Below are positions 1 through 15,100 of a stretch of DNA of 64,000 nucleotides, one piece after another. Position 1 is the first letter of the stretch. The number at the start of each line of letters is the position of its first letter. A program made the translations under genes and the position numbers. The DNA comes from Antedon mediterranea (lineage: Eukaryota; Animalia; Echinodermata), in assembly GCF_964355755.1 (NCBI RefSeq), contig NC_092680.1, positions 22,205,045 to 22,269,044 of the forward strand. Direction: 5' to 3'. The notes under the pieces were generated by a model. That model saw only the letters and a list, made by a program, of their open reading frames with translations, was not told the origin of the DNA and ran no database searches.

Positions 1-102
1 TTTGGTGATAGTTAATAACTATTATGATACTTCAAAATGACCCACCTTTTTTCGAAATCTTTTATTTTTTATTTTTTTAGAATTAGTCAAAGGGACAATA
101 CA
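1..102 (-). repeat. Dispersed repeat fragment; reverse complement of 28935-29037
   Basis: tttggtgatagttaataactattatgatacttcaaaatgacccac...gaattagtcaaagggacaataca matches tgtattgtccctttgactaattc...gtgggtcattttgaagtatcataatagttattaactttcaccaaa in the opposite orientation. Confidence 0.8.
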
Positions 103-134
103 TATATATATATTTTTTTTTTTCAATTATCTAG

Positions 135-3100
135 TTGGAAAACCAAAGTGTATTTTAGAGGATGAGACACCAATAACAAAACGTAAGTACTTTATTGGAA
201 TTTATGGTTTATATACTTTTTAATTTTAAACTTTGTGTGGGACTGTTATTAAGTGGTTTGGCAGTGTTTAAATTTACCTAATACCACTCTTGTATTTGAA
301 AGCCAGATATCTAGAAAGAACACTGAAATCCTACTTTTACCGGAAAAGGTCTTTAAGTTCTAGAGCCATATACATGCTGCCATAAATAAGAATGTACTCT
401 CATATCTTACTTGGAATTAATTAGTTAAATGATAGCTAAATAAACAAATACACAATTATATTATGTTTCTTATTAATGAATGTACAGATTATGTTAACTG
501 GTACTGGTTGGTTGGATGTATTGCTGTAATTATTATAAATTGATCAAAACTTATTTGACCAATTAATTTATTCACATCAATAACGCTTTGAAATTGTTTG
601 AAAAAGAAACAAAAAAGATGATATTAATATTAACAGGCATAGAATAAATTCTACTATCCAGCTGAGTGATATACTGAAAATTAATTAATTATAAAGATGA
701 GGAAATATATAATAAATATATTTATTTCATTCCATCCATGTCTGTCTCAATCTACTCTCACTTGCACTGAGTGTTGCCTGAACGCTCTGCAATTTATTTC
801 TGGCTGTTTTACTTTTCACTAAAATGATGAAATTATGACGAATAAAATTAAAATAGATTGTTTGTATGATTACATTTTAACAACAGCAGTGAAGTATAAA
901 TGTAATAATGATTATTTACATAAAGATTAAACTAAATATTTTATAATAGTGATCTATGTAACATAATGTTCACAGCACAGTAAATCCCTTTAATATTGTC
1001 ATTTAATTTTAACACTTTTATAATAGTTTCTTCATTTAATTTACTTGTTTCTGTGTTATTTATTTTTTTATATATTCATAAAGCAACACTAGACTCTATA
1101 TTAACCTCTGTGACACCAGCAGAACCAGCACTTCCAGGGAGTTCCACTCCATCCCCTAGTATACCTACATTTCCAGAAATTGAAGAACAGGAAATTGAAC
1201 TGCTTCAAATGGAAAGAACCCTAACACCAGTAAAAGAAGAAAAAAAACCTTCACCTATATCAGCCAAAAAAGACACGTTGACTCCTGTTCTTATTGATGA
1301 GAGTAAACCACTAGAGAAAGAAAAAACACCAACCCCTGAACCTACTCCTACACCTTTGAAAGAAAGATCACCAACACCAGTGAAAGAAGAAACACCAACC
1401 CCTGAACCTACTCCTACACCTTTGAAAGAAAGATCACCAACACCAGTGAAAGAAGAAACACCAAAACCTCCTACACCTTTGAAAGAAAGAACACTTACAC
1501 CAGTAAAAGAAGAAACACCAACACCTTTGAAAGAAAGAACACCAACCCCAGTGAAGGAAGAAACACCAAAGCCCCTAACACCATTGAAAGAAAGAACACC
1601 AACACCAGTGGAGGAAGAAACACCAAAGCCCCCTACACCATTGAAAGAAAGAACACCAACACCAGTGGAGGAAGAAACACCAACTCCTCAAATTCCACAG
1701 AGAATTCCAACTCCTCCACCGGCCCCACCAGTAAGGGTAATGATTCCAGTAATACTTAAACGAAAAAAAGAACTAACTCCATTGGTGGAAGAAGAAGATT
1801 TAGCTGCAGGTTATGACCAAGTATTATTGTTCTTCAATGTGTTGAGTTGTCAGCAGCTTTGCTTTGCAATACACTACAATATATACTTACTTACGAAAGG
1901 ATGTAAATGATAGGTTGTCAGCTATGAATGTCTTCTAATAATTTATTGTTTTGGTTTTGTTTAAACAAAGATAAAACAACATGGATCAAACATCTATATA
2001 ACTTATACAAAATAGAATAGATGAAATCAACCACATCAGCAATACAATGTAAGCTTAGCCTGCATATTTTAACATAGGATGAGTGAAAGGTACTATTCGG
2101 ATTAAATGGATTTATGTTAACTTATAGGTATAAAACCCAAGATATTCTGCTAATACTGCTCCTGCTGTACTTAAGCCTACCTTAATAATAAACAAGATTA
2201 TGTTGATGTACGTTTGTTGTTTACTTTTTTCATGTCTTTTATTATTAATTGTGCTTTTTTTAATTAAAAACATTGTTTTGTTTTATTTGCTTAAACAGGC
2301 TTGTTTTGCTTCATAGACTTAGAAATAAATTGCATAATTACAATCAGTATCAGTAATATTTTATTTGAAAAATCTTGGAAAAAGGACTAAACTTTAACAA
2401 TAGTAATGATGATATTTTAATAGGTGCAAAAAGGATGCCTACACCCCATCCTGCAACACCCCATCCTGCAACACCTGTAGAAGAATTTGAAGGTAATTTG
2501 GGTTTCATTTTCTATTTGTTCCCAGTCTATCAAGTATCAAGTGTGTTGCTTGTAGTTAGTTACATTTTGCAACCTTTCAATTGACCGCCTCAAGACAACT
2601 TGAGGTTGATGATTTTAATCATTTTATGAATACTCATATGATTTTTAAACTTAACTAACACCAGAATGATATTAGTGCTAATTATATTTCATGTTTTCTA
2701 AAAAAATAAAAAAAAAATAATCATAAATTGTAATTAATCGAATTGATTGATCATTTGCAATGCTTCCACTTGAATTCAAAGTAATTCACACACGCACACA
2801 TATATTTATACTCTACTTTGGTATCAAGCATTTTATCTTATTGATCTGATATTTTAACTTGGATATATATAATATATATTTTAACAGATGGAGATTGGAA
2901 AGTATATGTAAAAACTGGGAAAATTGCTACCAATGAAATGGTGACATTGACTGTATATGGAGACAAAGGTATTTCTAAACCATTTCAATTGGGTAGTGGA
3001 GGTGAATTGTTTCAAGTTGACAAAGAAGATGAATTCAAGGTAAGGAAAAAAATTTATATTTGAATCAATCTTTCTCAATTTAAATATATCATTAATTACA

Positions 3101-6100
3101 TTTTAAATAATTTACAGAAAGAGACATTATATTTATTGAGCATTTACAGAACAGTTACATCTTTACAATATTGTTTTTTGTTTTACAGGTGAACTTATTA
3201 GATATTGGTGAAATATATAAAATCAGAATAGGACTTGAATCGGAAAATAAGAATGCAACCTGGCAACTTTCTCAAGTAAAATTGAAAAACATGAAAACAA
3301 ATGAACATTTGTTCTTCAAATTCAAGAATCATATTTTCTCCATACTGGAAGCAGATGGTGATTTGTGGCGAGAATTACCAGCAGTTAGACCAGGAAAAAA
3401 GCCATTACAAGGTAACAAACAAGTTTGATATTAAATCATAGATTTTATGTTTTGTGTATTTGATGAGGACAATGTGTAAGAATAATAGACATTCTTATGT
3501 TTTGACTTTTTTTTTTTACTTTTTGACTTAGTTCATAAATATGTTGTTGAAGTGCACACCGGTGTTGAACCTGGTAGTGATACAGATTCCAATGTATATA
3601 TTAACATAGTTGGAGAGAAGGGTGATATTGGAAATAGACTTTTACATCATTCAAACATGGAAGAGAAATTCCAAGAAGGACAAGTATGTATAACAAAAGA
3701 TAAAGGATGTACACTTCTATCATATATTGTCTGTAGGATTTGAAATTTGTGTAATTGCTTTCATAACATCATTATGCCTAAAATCTGTTGTGCATATGTA
3801 CAATATTCATATTCCTGTCAGACCAATTTTAAATTGTTTAATATTTTGCATAAACAATCTTATTCTGCAAAAAATACACAATCAATTAGCACTAACCCCT
3901 TAAATCCTCTTGCATTATTATCAACAGCAGGATGGTCACTATATAAATTACAGCTTTTCACTCTTATGTAGTGGAAGATAATTAAAGAATACTACTTATT
4001 TTCACCCTCTGCAAACATGATTACTACACTACAATCCACCTTACAGTAAGGCTTTAAAAACTTATAATTTGAAACAGGACTCAAGAATCCAAGGAAATAT
4101 GTTTCTAATGAAGTGAAAGGTGGCGGTATATAGTACAAAATATAATCCAATTTGATAGATACTTTTAATGGACTATGGTATCATTGTTTTGTAGATTGAT
4201 GTGTTTGAGCTACAAGCAGTGACTGTAATGAAACCTACAAAAGTTATTGTTGGGCATGATGGGAAAGGTGCTGGTACAGGATGGTATTTGCATAAAGTTG
4301 TTATAAGAGAAAGCTCAGATTCTAAAACAGAATTTATATTTACATGCAACAGGTAAGCTCAAACGTGTGTATAAATTAACAAGCACAAAACAAAAACAAC
4401 ATGGTAATACAGTATAAATAAAAGTGTGTTTTTTAGATAAAGCTCAACATCTAAAATAGAATATATTTGCACAAAATGTATTAACTGTAAATTGTTTCCA
4501 AATTGTTCAGATGGCTTGATGAAGGACAAGATGACAATGCAATTGAAAGGGAATTAGAACTGACAGAAATTAAATCAATTAAAGGTTGGTTATCTACAAA
4601 CCTAATTACCTCTAGTTTTATCTATTTTGCTTAGAGTGTAACTTATTTGTTCTGTAATTTTATACCTATATTATAATCTTATTATGGTTTCCATATTTTT
4701 ACAAGCCCTTGCAGGTTTCTGTGGAACCTTTCATCTTTATTTATTTATATTTTTTATTTTATCTAAGAAAGTGTGGAAAGATGAATAAAGTTATTATTAT
4801 TATTAATGTAGCGGTTTATTAAAGTTTTCTAACAGATTAAAATACAAAAAATACTAGCATGCTTACTTTCATTGAAGTACTTAGTCTCTCATAAAGGAAT
4901 TTTAGTTAGGTGCTGATTTGATTACTCTGCAGCTCTTCAATGAATTAATAGTGCAGTCACCTTTTACATTGTTATGTAAAAGATATCTTGTACATTTGGT
5001 GATGCTGTTTTTAGTATCAATGTGTACTATTTCGCTTTTTAGCGACTGATTGGCAAATCTTTGTAACGACTGGAAGTAATGCAGATTCAGGCCGGAATTC
5101 AACAGTCACTCTTCATGTGTATGGGGATAAAGGAATGGATGAGTGTATGTTGCTTCCAGATCATGGCAGTGGTTTTCAACCAGGAACAACACAAGATTTT
5201 AGAGTAAGTATGATCTTATATATGAATGATACAATTAATTAAAATAATTCAGTTCTTACTATCCTGATTACAGTAACTTAATTTTACTTAATTATCTACA
5301 TATTAGCTGCAATTCTTGTTACTTATACCTGAATAAATCACATGTATCTGTTATTTCAGGTCAATTTATGTGATTGTGGAAATCCATACAAGATTCGAAT
5401 TGGATATGATAACTGGAAGTCAGAGGATAGTTGGTATTTAAAGACAGTGAAGATGGTTAATTTACTTTCAGACACAAAGCTAAACTTTGAGTTTGACCGT
5501 TGGTTATCAAAGGAACATGATGACCTGGACACATGGAGAGAACTTCCCGTACTCATTCCTCCAAACAAACCACTTCCAAGTATGAACAAAATAAGCCAAT
5601 TTGTGTCATCTATGTATAAATTATGCTTTAATTTTGAGATATTCAATCCAAAAAATTATTTAAACATTTAATTATATGTTAATTAAACAGGTTCATACTT
5701 ATTTGGTTGTTTAATATTACAGTTACTAAGTATTACATCATGGTGTGGACAGGCAGCAATGAAGAGGCGGAAACTAATGCAAATGTATTCTTAAATATTC
5801 ATGGCAAATACGGTGATACTGGTTATAGGCATCTTTACAAATCCAAGAATAATGACAACATTTTCAGATCTGGTCAGATGGATGTATTTGAAATAGAGGC
5901 AGTTTGGCTTGGAAAGATATCAAAAGCTGTTCTATTACATGATGGAAAATCTCCAGATGTAGGCTGGTTTGTTGATAAGGTTATCATTAAGGAATCTAAA
6001 ACTGCAAAAAATGAGGTTTATTTTCCTTGCAGGAAGTAAGTATTGTATTGTAGGCTTTCTTGAGAAATTCGCATTGTTAGAGTTAGTAAAACTACCCCAC

Positions 6101-9100
6101 CAAAATGTTCTCTTTCACAAAAAACAATTTTAAAAAAGGTCAAAAATGTCTATCAATACTTGATTGATTGAGAAGGTTATTCATTTTGATGTCACTAATT
6201 TGATTTACTTACTTTTTAGTTATAAATTAGTAACTTCATCATTTCAGATGGTTTGATGTTGGAAAAGGTGATAAGAAAGTAAGTCGAGAACTATTTCCAG
6301 GCAAACCTGCAACAAGTAAGTTTATTGTATACATAATAGACAAGTTGTATAATGATTATAACCTGCAACAAGTAAGTTTATTGTATACATAATAGACAAG
6401 TTGTATAATGATTATAACCTACAACAAGTAAGTTTATTCTATACATAATAGACAAGTTGTATAATGATTATAGCATTGTGTACACTATTTTGTTTGACAA
6501 TTCTCTTTTTTATAAAATACTTACTTTAGTATTTACTATAATAAATTGTCAGCATTAATTTATAGTTGTTCTTCATCACGGCATCAAAGTGGCTCCAATG
6601 TGGTTAACTAACTAATATTTTTCTTTATTTTGTATTATATTTTTCTTCAACAATATTTTGAATACAATATTTAAAGTGTGAATTTAATTTAATTGAATAG
6701 CTCCTAAACCAATTTCTCAAGAAGAAGTAGAAGTAGGGACAACAACTGCAATTGTTAAATGGAGAAAACCTGCTGGTGACGTGACTGGTTACTGTGTAAA
6801 ATGTACACCAGCCAAGATTGACAAGCCGATTATTGACATTAGAAATCCAAGTTTGACTCAAGCAGAATTTACAGGACTAAATCCTGGTTATGAATACAGC
6901 TTTGATATAATATCACTCAATGAGGATTTAAAAGGAGATACTGTTACAATAAATGCTACTACTAGTAAGCATTTATATTTTCTAAATAAGAATAATTCTA
7001 AAAATAAATTGTAGAAGTAGATACTTGGTGGCAGGGCCATAGCCACAATAAACATTCTAGTTGCTGAATCTCAAATACTTGAAAGAAAATAATCAAAGTT
7101 TTATTCTTATGTTGTTAATTCACACTATTACATTTACTTAACATTATGGCAAATTCGTTTTTTTCTTAATAGTATTATATTATATACAGTTTTTAACAAT
7201 CAACAGATTGTCCAAAAGTGAAAGAAATGAAATTTAAAAAATAGATTGGTTTAAAAAGAACTATGTATCTACTATCTTCCAATAGAACCAAATCCTGCCA
7301 TCGGTGGTGAAATTAAAGCATCATTTCGCTCAATATCTGTTACTTGGGATGCGCCAGATGAAGGAAATTGGACTGGATATAAAGTAAAGTTAACTCCTGC
7401 AGATTCAAAGAATTCTACACTTAAGTTAGATGTTACAAAAAGATCAGTTGAATTCCAAGGTTTAACACCAGGCAAGAAGTACCGTGTAGAGATTATGGTG
7501 TTATGTGATGATATTGAGAGCGACAAATTAGTTCTTAGGGAAACTACCAGTGAGTATTTAATTCTACCTTTTCATTTGTGTTTTGTTAACTTTGGTATGT
7601 GGGTGTTATACAATGTTTGTAAGTTTAAAACACAGACATATTAACAGTGTAATTGTTATCTTTACTGGTTGTCTTCTATTATTTTGCTATTTTATGCTTC
7701 TATTTAAGAATCCTTTTATTTATAACAGAAATTCCAGATGTTGTTTTGTTGCCTGTACTTGATGCTGTATCTGTAGCAACAACTCATTCTATTGAGGTAT
7801 CTTGGAAGCAACCAGAAGGAAACATGAATGGTTATCAGTTAAAGTTGAAGCCACCTGATGGAGATGATCCTGAACAAACTATAAGCACCCCGGCTTGCAC
7901 TGAGGCTACATTTACTGGATTATCACCTGGAAAAGTCTATGAGATTGATATTGTAACTGTATTTGACTTTAAAAAAAGTGATATTGTCAAATTAGATGCA
8001 CGTACAAGTAAGTTCCTGGTTGAAATAGTTAATTTTTATAACATAAATATTTTATAGTTTAAAAAAAGAGGTCTGAATTAATTAATTTATGATATAGATG
8101 AAATCATATCTTCTAATTATAGATTTATCCATCTGGTAGGTTGCTACATATATAATATATGTATAAAAAACACAAGTTATTTTTAATAATTCATTTATTA
8201 GAGTCAATGTCAGACCAGGTTCGAGATCCTAAAACGGATAGTACCAGGAGAACCATTGTTGTTGGCTGGAAAAAACCAGAGCAGAATTGTGAGGGCTATC
8301 GTCTGACAATAACTCCTGGTGATGCTGAACAGAACGAAGTAATTATCAAAGATGCAGATGAAGTTAAAACATCATTTAATAATTTAGCACCAGGTCGGGA
8401 ATATACTATTGCAATATTTACTACAAATGGAGATGTGGAAAGTGAACCAGTTCAAGTTATCAAACATACTAGTATGATTATTGTTTGTTGAAATCATATC
8501 CCACGAAACCTAACTTTTATGAAACTGTACAACTTAAAAAAAATAAATACTTATGAGTTGGATGGTGAGAATATATCACCTTTTAGTTAGGTAGGGCTTA
8601 TTCCAAATGGCAGTCAGGTGTGTTATAATACTAATTAGTATAAAGAAAGAATAATAAATCAATACCATAGATTGATGCATTGCTATTTTAAAATATCATT
8701 GTATCATTAACTTGTCTGATTTGTTAATATTTTGTCTTATATTTTCTATTTTTGTAGAACCTCATGAAGTATTAAATGCTGCATCAGAGGCTACAGCCAA
8801 ATCAATTACTGTAAATTGGGATCGACCTTCAGGGGAACTTACTGGTTACAAAGTTATTTGCTTACCACTTATTTCTGGTCCAAAACCTTCAAATAGATCC
8901 AACAGCGACCTGACTAAAAAACAACTAACTGGTGTAAAATATGAACGGAGTAATACTGAAATATCTTCTTCGGACAAACGAAAGAATAGTAGAGCAGGTG
9001 AACGAACAAAAGAAGACCGAAAAAAAAGTGATGCAGGTGATCGATCCAAAAGTAGAACTGGAGACAGATCAAAGAGTAGAACTGGAGACAGATCAAAGAG

Positions 9101-12100
9101 TAGAACTGGAGACAGATCAAAGAGTAGGACTGGAGACAGATCAAAGAGTAGGACTGGAGACAGATCAAAGAGTAGAACTGGAGACAGATCAAAGAGTAGA
9201 ACTGGAGACAGATCAAAAACTGATGAGAAATCTAAAAACAAGCTTGATTCAAAAGGTGGCAGTAGACGGGGTAGTATAGCTTCTGTTGGATTAAATGAGA
9301 AACAACCAATTACCGTATATGTTGATGAGAAAACAACTAGAGCAAAGATAAGTAACTTAGAAGGAGGATGTCATTACATAATTGATATATTTACAATAGC
9401 TGGTGAACAAGAAAGCAAAAGTATTAACCTTAAACAGCGAACAAGTAAGTTTCATGGATATTTAGTACAAAAATACATACTTTCTGTATCATTTAGACTT
9501 TCTTTTTTTTTTAAATTTGTGTGCTTAAATATTTTTTTTTTCATTTACTTCATCTTTTAATTTAAATTTTGGCTGTCTGGTGAAACGTATTATTTGCTTC
9601 TATGTTCATTTGTTTGTTTTGTCAGTAATGTACATTTTGTTATTTTTTTCAGTAGTTTATTTTTTTTATATAATTTGTTGTCTCATATGTGAACTAATAA
9701 GAGTATAAAATAACAAAAGGATATAACATACATCTCAGGTCATAGCTTGTACAATTCAATTATAAAGAATATATCAATGCATTCAAGAAATTTCAGTGTA
9801 TATTTGTTCCTATAGTAATAATTGTATTATATATAATAATGAAGCCATGCCTCCAAATGTATCTTCCTTGTTATAATAAAACACATTTCCTTGCCTTTGC
9901 ACTTCTTACTGAAGCTATCTGGGATGTCATGTTGTGGATTTTGCTTATTGTGTTACCTGCATGTTTGCTTCGCTTAAATATAGAGCCTGACGTTGTCCAG
10001 AATGCTAAAGTACAGCAAGTGAGCAATTCATTGATATTGTCCTGGAATCCACCTGATGGAAAATGTACAAATTATCAAGTAAACCTAACTTCTTCTGGAT
10101 CTGATGACTCTGAAATCAGAATACTAGATCCAGACAAGGCCATGATAAAGTTCTCAGAACTTCAGTTTGAGCAAGAATACACAACTAATATTTTTACATT
10201 GGTTGAAGATGTCCAAAGTGAACCAGTTGTTTTTACTAACAAAGTAATGTCTCTTGAAAGTGAGTGACATAAACTCTCTACAGTATTTGTTTAATATTCC
10301 AGTTCATTTTTTATTTATTTTTTTATTTTCAAGTAGTTTGGCTTTAATGTTGGATTTATCTTGTATATATATGGTTCACATTCATTCATACTGCTTGTTC
10401 TCTTGTTTGTATATATATGGTTCACATTCATTCATACTGCTTGTTCTCTTGTTTGTATATATATGGTTCACATTCATTCATACTGCTTGTTCTCTTGTTT
10501 TATACAATGTTTAAAAGGTTCTAAAGTATGTAATCCTGTCGTACCTTTGTAAATGTAGAAATAGGTAATTGCTGATGTATGTACCATTATTGTGATCTGA
10601 ATAAGTTAAGCTTTGTTTGGTTATTTGATAATATTTCAATATTTCTATAGTCTTTTTTAAATCTTCTTTACATACTGCTTGTATTATTAAGCTGTTATCA
10701 TGTGTTACATGTAAAGCCAATGGAATTGATTTACTGATAATGAATTTCAATTGCAGAGCCTATGGCAGTAATTGAAGCAAAAACAGAAACTACTCTAAAT
10801 ACAATTGTAGTAACCTGGAAAAAGCCAAATGGAAATTATACAGGCTTTAAAGTGGTATGTGTAATGGCAGACAATAAAGAGGCTAAACCAATAGAAAAGG
10901 TTGTAGCATCAGATGTGTTTAAGGCAGAATATGGTGACCTTGAGCCAGGGAAAGAATATGATATTCAAATTTGGTCTTTAGACAAAGATGTACTTAGTGA
11001 GCAAGTTAAATTAAAGGACAAAACAAGTAAGGATACCTTTAAATAATTTCTGTCAACAAGTAGTTTCATACTGGTAATTATTAAAATTACTAAAGATGTA
11101 TTGTCTGCCCTCCCAGCAAAGAGTGTTAGATCATTATCTAGATAAGTGTCATTCTGGAGGTACCACCTCATGTTAGGTGACTACCACTTTTCTACCCATT
11201 GAGTCCAATTGCATGTTGTTAGATATCTAGAGCAAATTCATAATACATAATTATACAGCGTTTATTTGTGACTCTTTTAAAATACTTTTTTCAGAATCTG
11301 ACAAACCAGAGACACGTGAGTGAAAATATTTGTATTTAAAAAAAAAATTGTTTTTGTTTGAATACTATGAAATTTATAGCATTACTGTATGTAAAAATGT
11401 AATGGATAAGTAAAAAATATAGAATATGTTTAAATTCAGATTTATTTTTTTTATTACAAAGTTGTTTGAGGTGGTAGAGCAATATTGGTATTTATTTACT
11501 TTTTTTTATTTATTTATACTTTTTAGAAGGTGAATGGAAAGTTGTTGTCAATACTTGCAAAGATTCTAAACCTGTTGGTAATGGATTGATTCATCTGGTT
11601 GTTTATGGAAAAGATAACAAGTCAAAACAAATCCTACTAACTGAGGAAACAGAGCATAACTTGTTTGAGGCAGGAGCAACTGATGAGTTTGAGGTAAACT
11701 TTTCTGATATCTTCAAAATGTCCCTTGATTAGGCATTTCTATTCAGACAAATACTTTATAAGTAACTACTATAATACAGAAACAATATTGGTTAATGCAT
11801 ACAAATACAGAACTACAATGAACAATTTCTATCATGGGTTTAAGTAAGACGGGGATGCAGATATTTATAACAGAAGTATGTTATTTCTTTATAGATTATA
11901 TTTGTTTTATTGGGTTATGTGACACTTATGTATTTATCAGGTAAATGTTGGTGACATTGTTGAAATTTATAAAATACGCATTGGCATGGAAGAAGAAAGG
12001 TGTTGGGAAGGTTGGCACGTTCATGATATTTCTATGGTGGACAAACACACTGAAGAAAAATTAATATTCAACTTTGATCGTTGGTTGTCTCGTTATCAAG

Positions 12101-15100
12101 ATGATTTTGATATCGTTCGTGAATTGCCTGCAATACGGGAAAATCAAGATGTGTTACCAGTAAACGTTTATCTAGTAAAATTAGATGTTGGAGATCATTT
12201 AGCATGTTATACAGATGCTAATGTTTGGATTACTCTTCATGGTGAACGTGGGGACTCTGGTAGAAGATTACTATATAATGCATTGGAGAAACCAACATCA
12301 AAGTTTATGAAGAGCCAAAGAAATACATTTAAAGTTGAAGCAGTCAATTTAGGAGAGATTAAGATGGTTCAAGTATCACATGATGCTATAGGCTATGGTA
12401 AAATCATTAAATTGTTAATATAAAAAACAGTTTTATTTGAATTTAGTTGTGTCAGCAATATTATGCTTTAAAGTCATTATATTTGTTTTATTTCATCTTT
12501 AATATATTGTTTCATTTTTAAGGGTCGGGAATGTTTATTGAACATTTTGAAATTAAAAAAAGTACTGATGCAAAAGAAGAATATTATTTCCAATGTAATG
12601 AATGGCTTGATGACCATGTAGGAGAGAGAAAAACAGAAATGAATTTTAAATTATTTGGTGCGTAACTTTTGACTTGTTGATCTAAAATGAAATAGAAACT
12701 AAGATATGATAAGGTGAAAAATCATGTTTTGATTTGATTCAAATGTTAATAGTATACCATCAATAATTTTATAGGTGTACGACCAGTTTTCAAAGAAGAG
12801 TTGAAGGAGGATAAGCCAGATTCAAGTAAATGTTCTTATTTTACTTTATGTAACAGTTAAATAATTGATGTTCTGCAGTATTAGTTAGCATAGGTTTACA
12901 CACCACACATTTATTTACATTGCACATTTGATATATTTGATTGAATGGAAAAAATCATATATTTTCTTTAAATACAGAAGGAACATGGAAGGTAACTGTA
13001 AGGACAAGTGAATATGCTGATGCAGGCACAAGTGCTAAAGTTTATTTGACTATCTGTGGTGTCAAAGGTGATTCTGATCCACTCCATTTAGATATTGATG
13101 AATTTGTACCAAATGGACATGCTTCTGTAAAGGTAAGTCAGGTCTGGAATTACTATCAATTTACTGTTTTCAATTTTATCTCTTATTTCATGATGCTTGC
13201 TCTTTTGGCAGGTATAAAAACATGGCCCTTGCAAATCTAAAACAAAATTGAAGATAGCATGTATAATGTGTATTTAATATAAATTGCAATTTTAGGTAGA
13301 TGCTGGTGATATTGGGGAAGTTCAGAAAGTTCGATTAACACATGACAATTCAGGAGATAATCCAAATTGGCATGTAAATGAGGTAAATAGTTACAATCAG
13401 GTTTATAGTATCAAAATACATCTACAGTATATACATGTATAGTAAAGTTTGTTACTTTCTAGAATTAAAATAAACCTTTGGATTTATTATTCACAGTATT
13501 CAATCATTAAATAGTGGATTTTTAAATGTTTCACAACCAGGGAATACCATAGAAACATAATAGAGATGATAGAGTTTTAAAAGCAATGAGGCTAAACTGC
13601 CGATAATGATTGGAGTAAGCCAATACCGTATATTGGTGCAATGAGGCTAAACTGCCGATAATGATTGGAGTAAGCCAATACCGTATATTGGTGCAATGAG
13701 GCTAAACTGCCGATAATGATTGGAGTAAGCCAATACCGTATATTGGTGCAAAGAGGCTAAACTGCCGATAATGATTGGAGTAAGCCAATACTGTATATTG
13801 GTGCAAAGAGGCTAAACTGCCGATAATGATTGGAGTAAGCCAATACCGTATATTGGTGCAAAGAGGCTAAACTGCCGATAATGATTGGAGTAAGCCAATA
13901 CCGTATATTGGTGCAAAGAGGCTAAACTGCCGATAATGATTGGAGTAAGCCAATACCGTATATTGGTGCAAAGAGGCTAAACTGCCGATAATGATTGGAG
14001 TAAGCCAATACCGTATATTGGTGCAAAGAGGCTAAACTGCCGATAATGATTGGAGTAAGCCATTACCGTATATTGGTGCAAAGAGGCTAAACTGCCGATA
14101 ATGATTGGAGTAAGCCAATTGAGATACCGTATATTGATGATTCTGGTGCAAGTCAATAAGTTCAATGTACTGTCTGGTTACACTTCATCTTTACATCTTG
14201 TGTCCTATGTTTTGACACAGTTTGCAGAAACATGTCCAATAAAACTGTATAAAATAAATAATAATTATTATTTAGTATGTAGTTTTTTTTTAGAATTTGC
14301 TTAATAAATGTGCTCTTTCTACTAAAGATTATGATTGAAGATGAACTAAGCAAAGATGCTTATAAATTTCGATTTGATTCTTGGTTGACTTATGATAAAC
14401 AAGGTTTTGATGTGTTAGAAATGCCAGTTCTTTTGCCTGATGTAGAACCGCCACAAGGTGAGCAAACAAGTATTTGTATTGAACTGTTTATAACCCTACT
14501 CAGTGTTGTAGAAAGAATTATTCAGAATCTCCAAATTATACTATGTATAATGTAACCTGCAGTCTAATTCTTTCGAAATGTAGTTCATTATAATATTTTT
14601 TACATTGCAGTTTTTATGTATGAATTACGAACAATAACAAACAAAGAGGAAGATGCGGACACAGATGGAAATGTTAGTGTTATCATGTATGGAGAGTTTG
14701 GAAACACTGGCAAAAGAACACTTGTGAAATCCAATAAGGAAACACCATTTATGTATGGCCAGGTATATTGTGTTCACTTTAATCACGTCTGTAACTATTA
14801 ATTTCTTTAAAAATATGTTTGTTTTATCTATATTGATGTTTCTATATTTGCCATTATATGTCCTTTTAATCATTTATAAAAATTATTACTTTCAAAGGAG
14901 GATACATTTTTGATCAATTCAGTTTCTTTGGGAAAACTTGAGAAAATGGTCTTCTATTTCCAAACTGATGTGGATCAAGAAGCATGGCTGCTAGATTATG
15001 CAACAGTTCGTGAAAATAAGATTTCCTTGACAGAAACCCGGTTTCCTTGTCATGATTGGCTTGGATTGAACCCAACCACTGGCAATGCTATTTTTGAGAA

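Noticed and set aside
8846-9279. Overlapping ORFs 8846-, 8914- and 8941+
   Set aside because: Alternative-frame and antisense shadows of the coding 24-bp repeat in FN3 exon 5.
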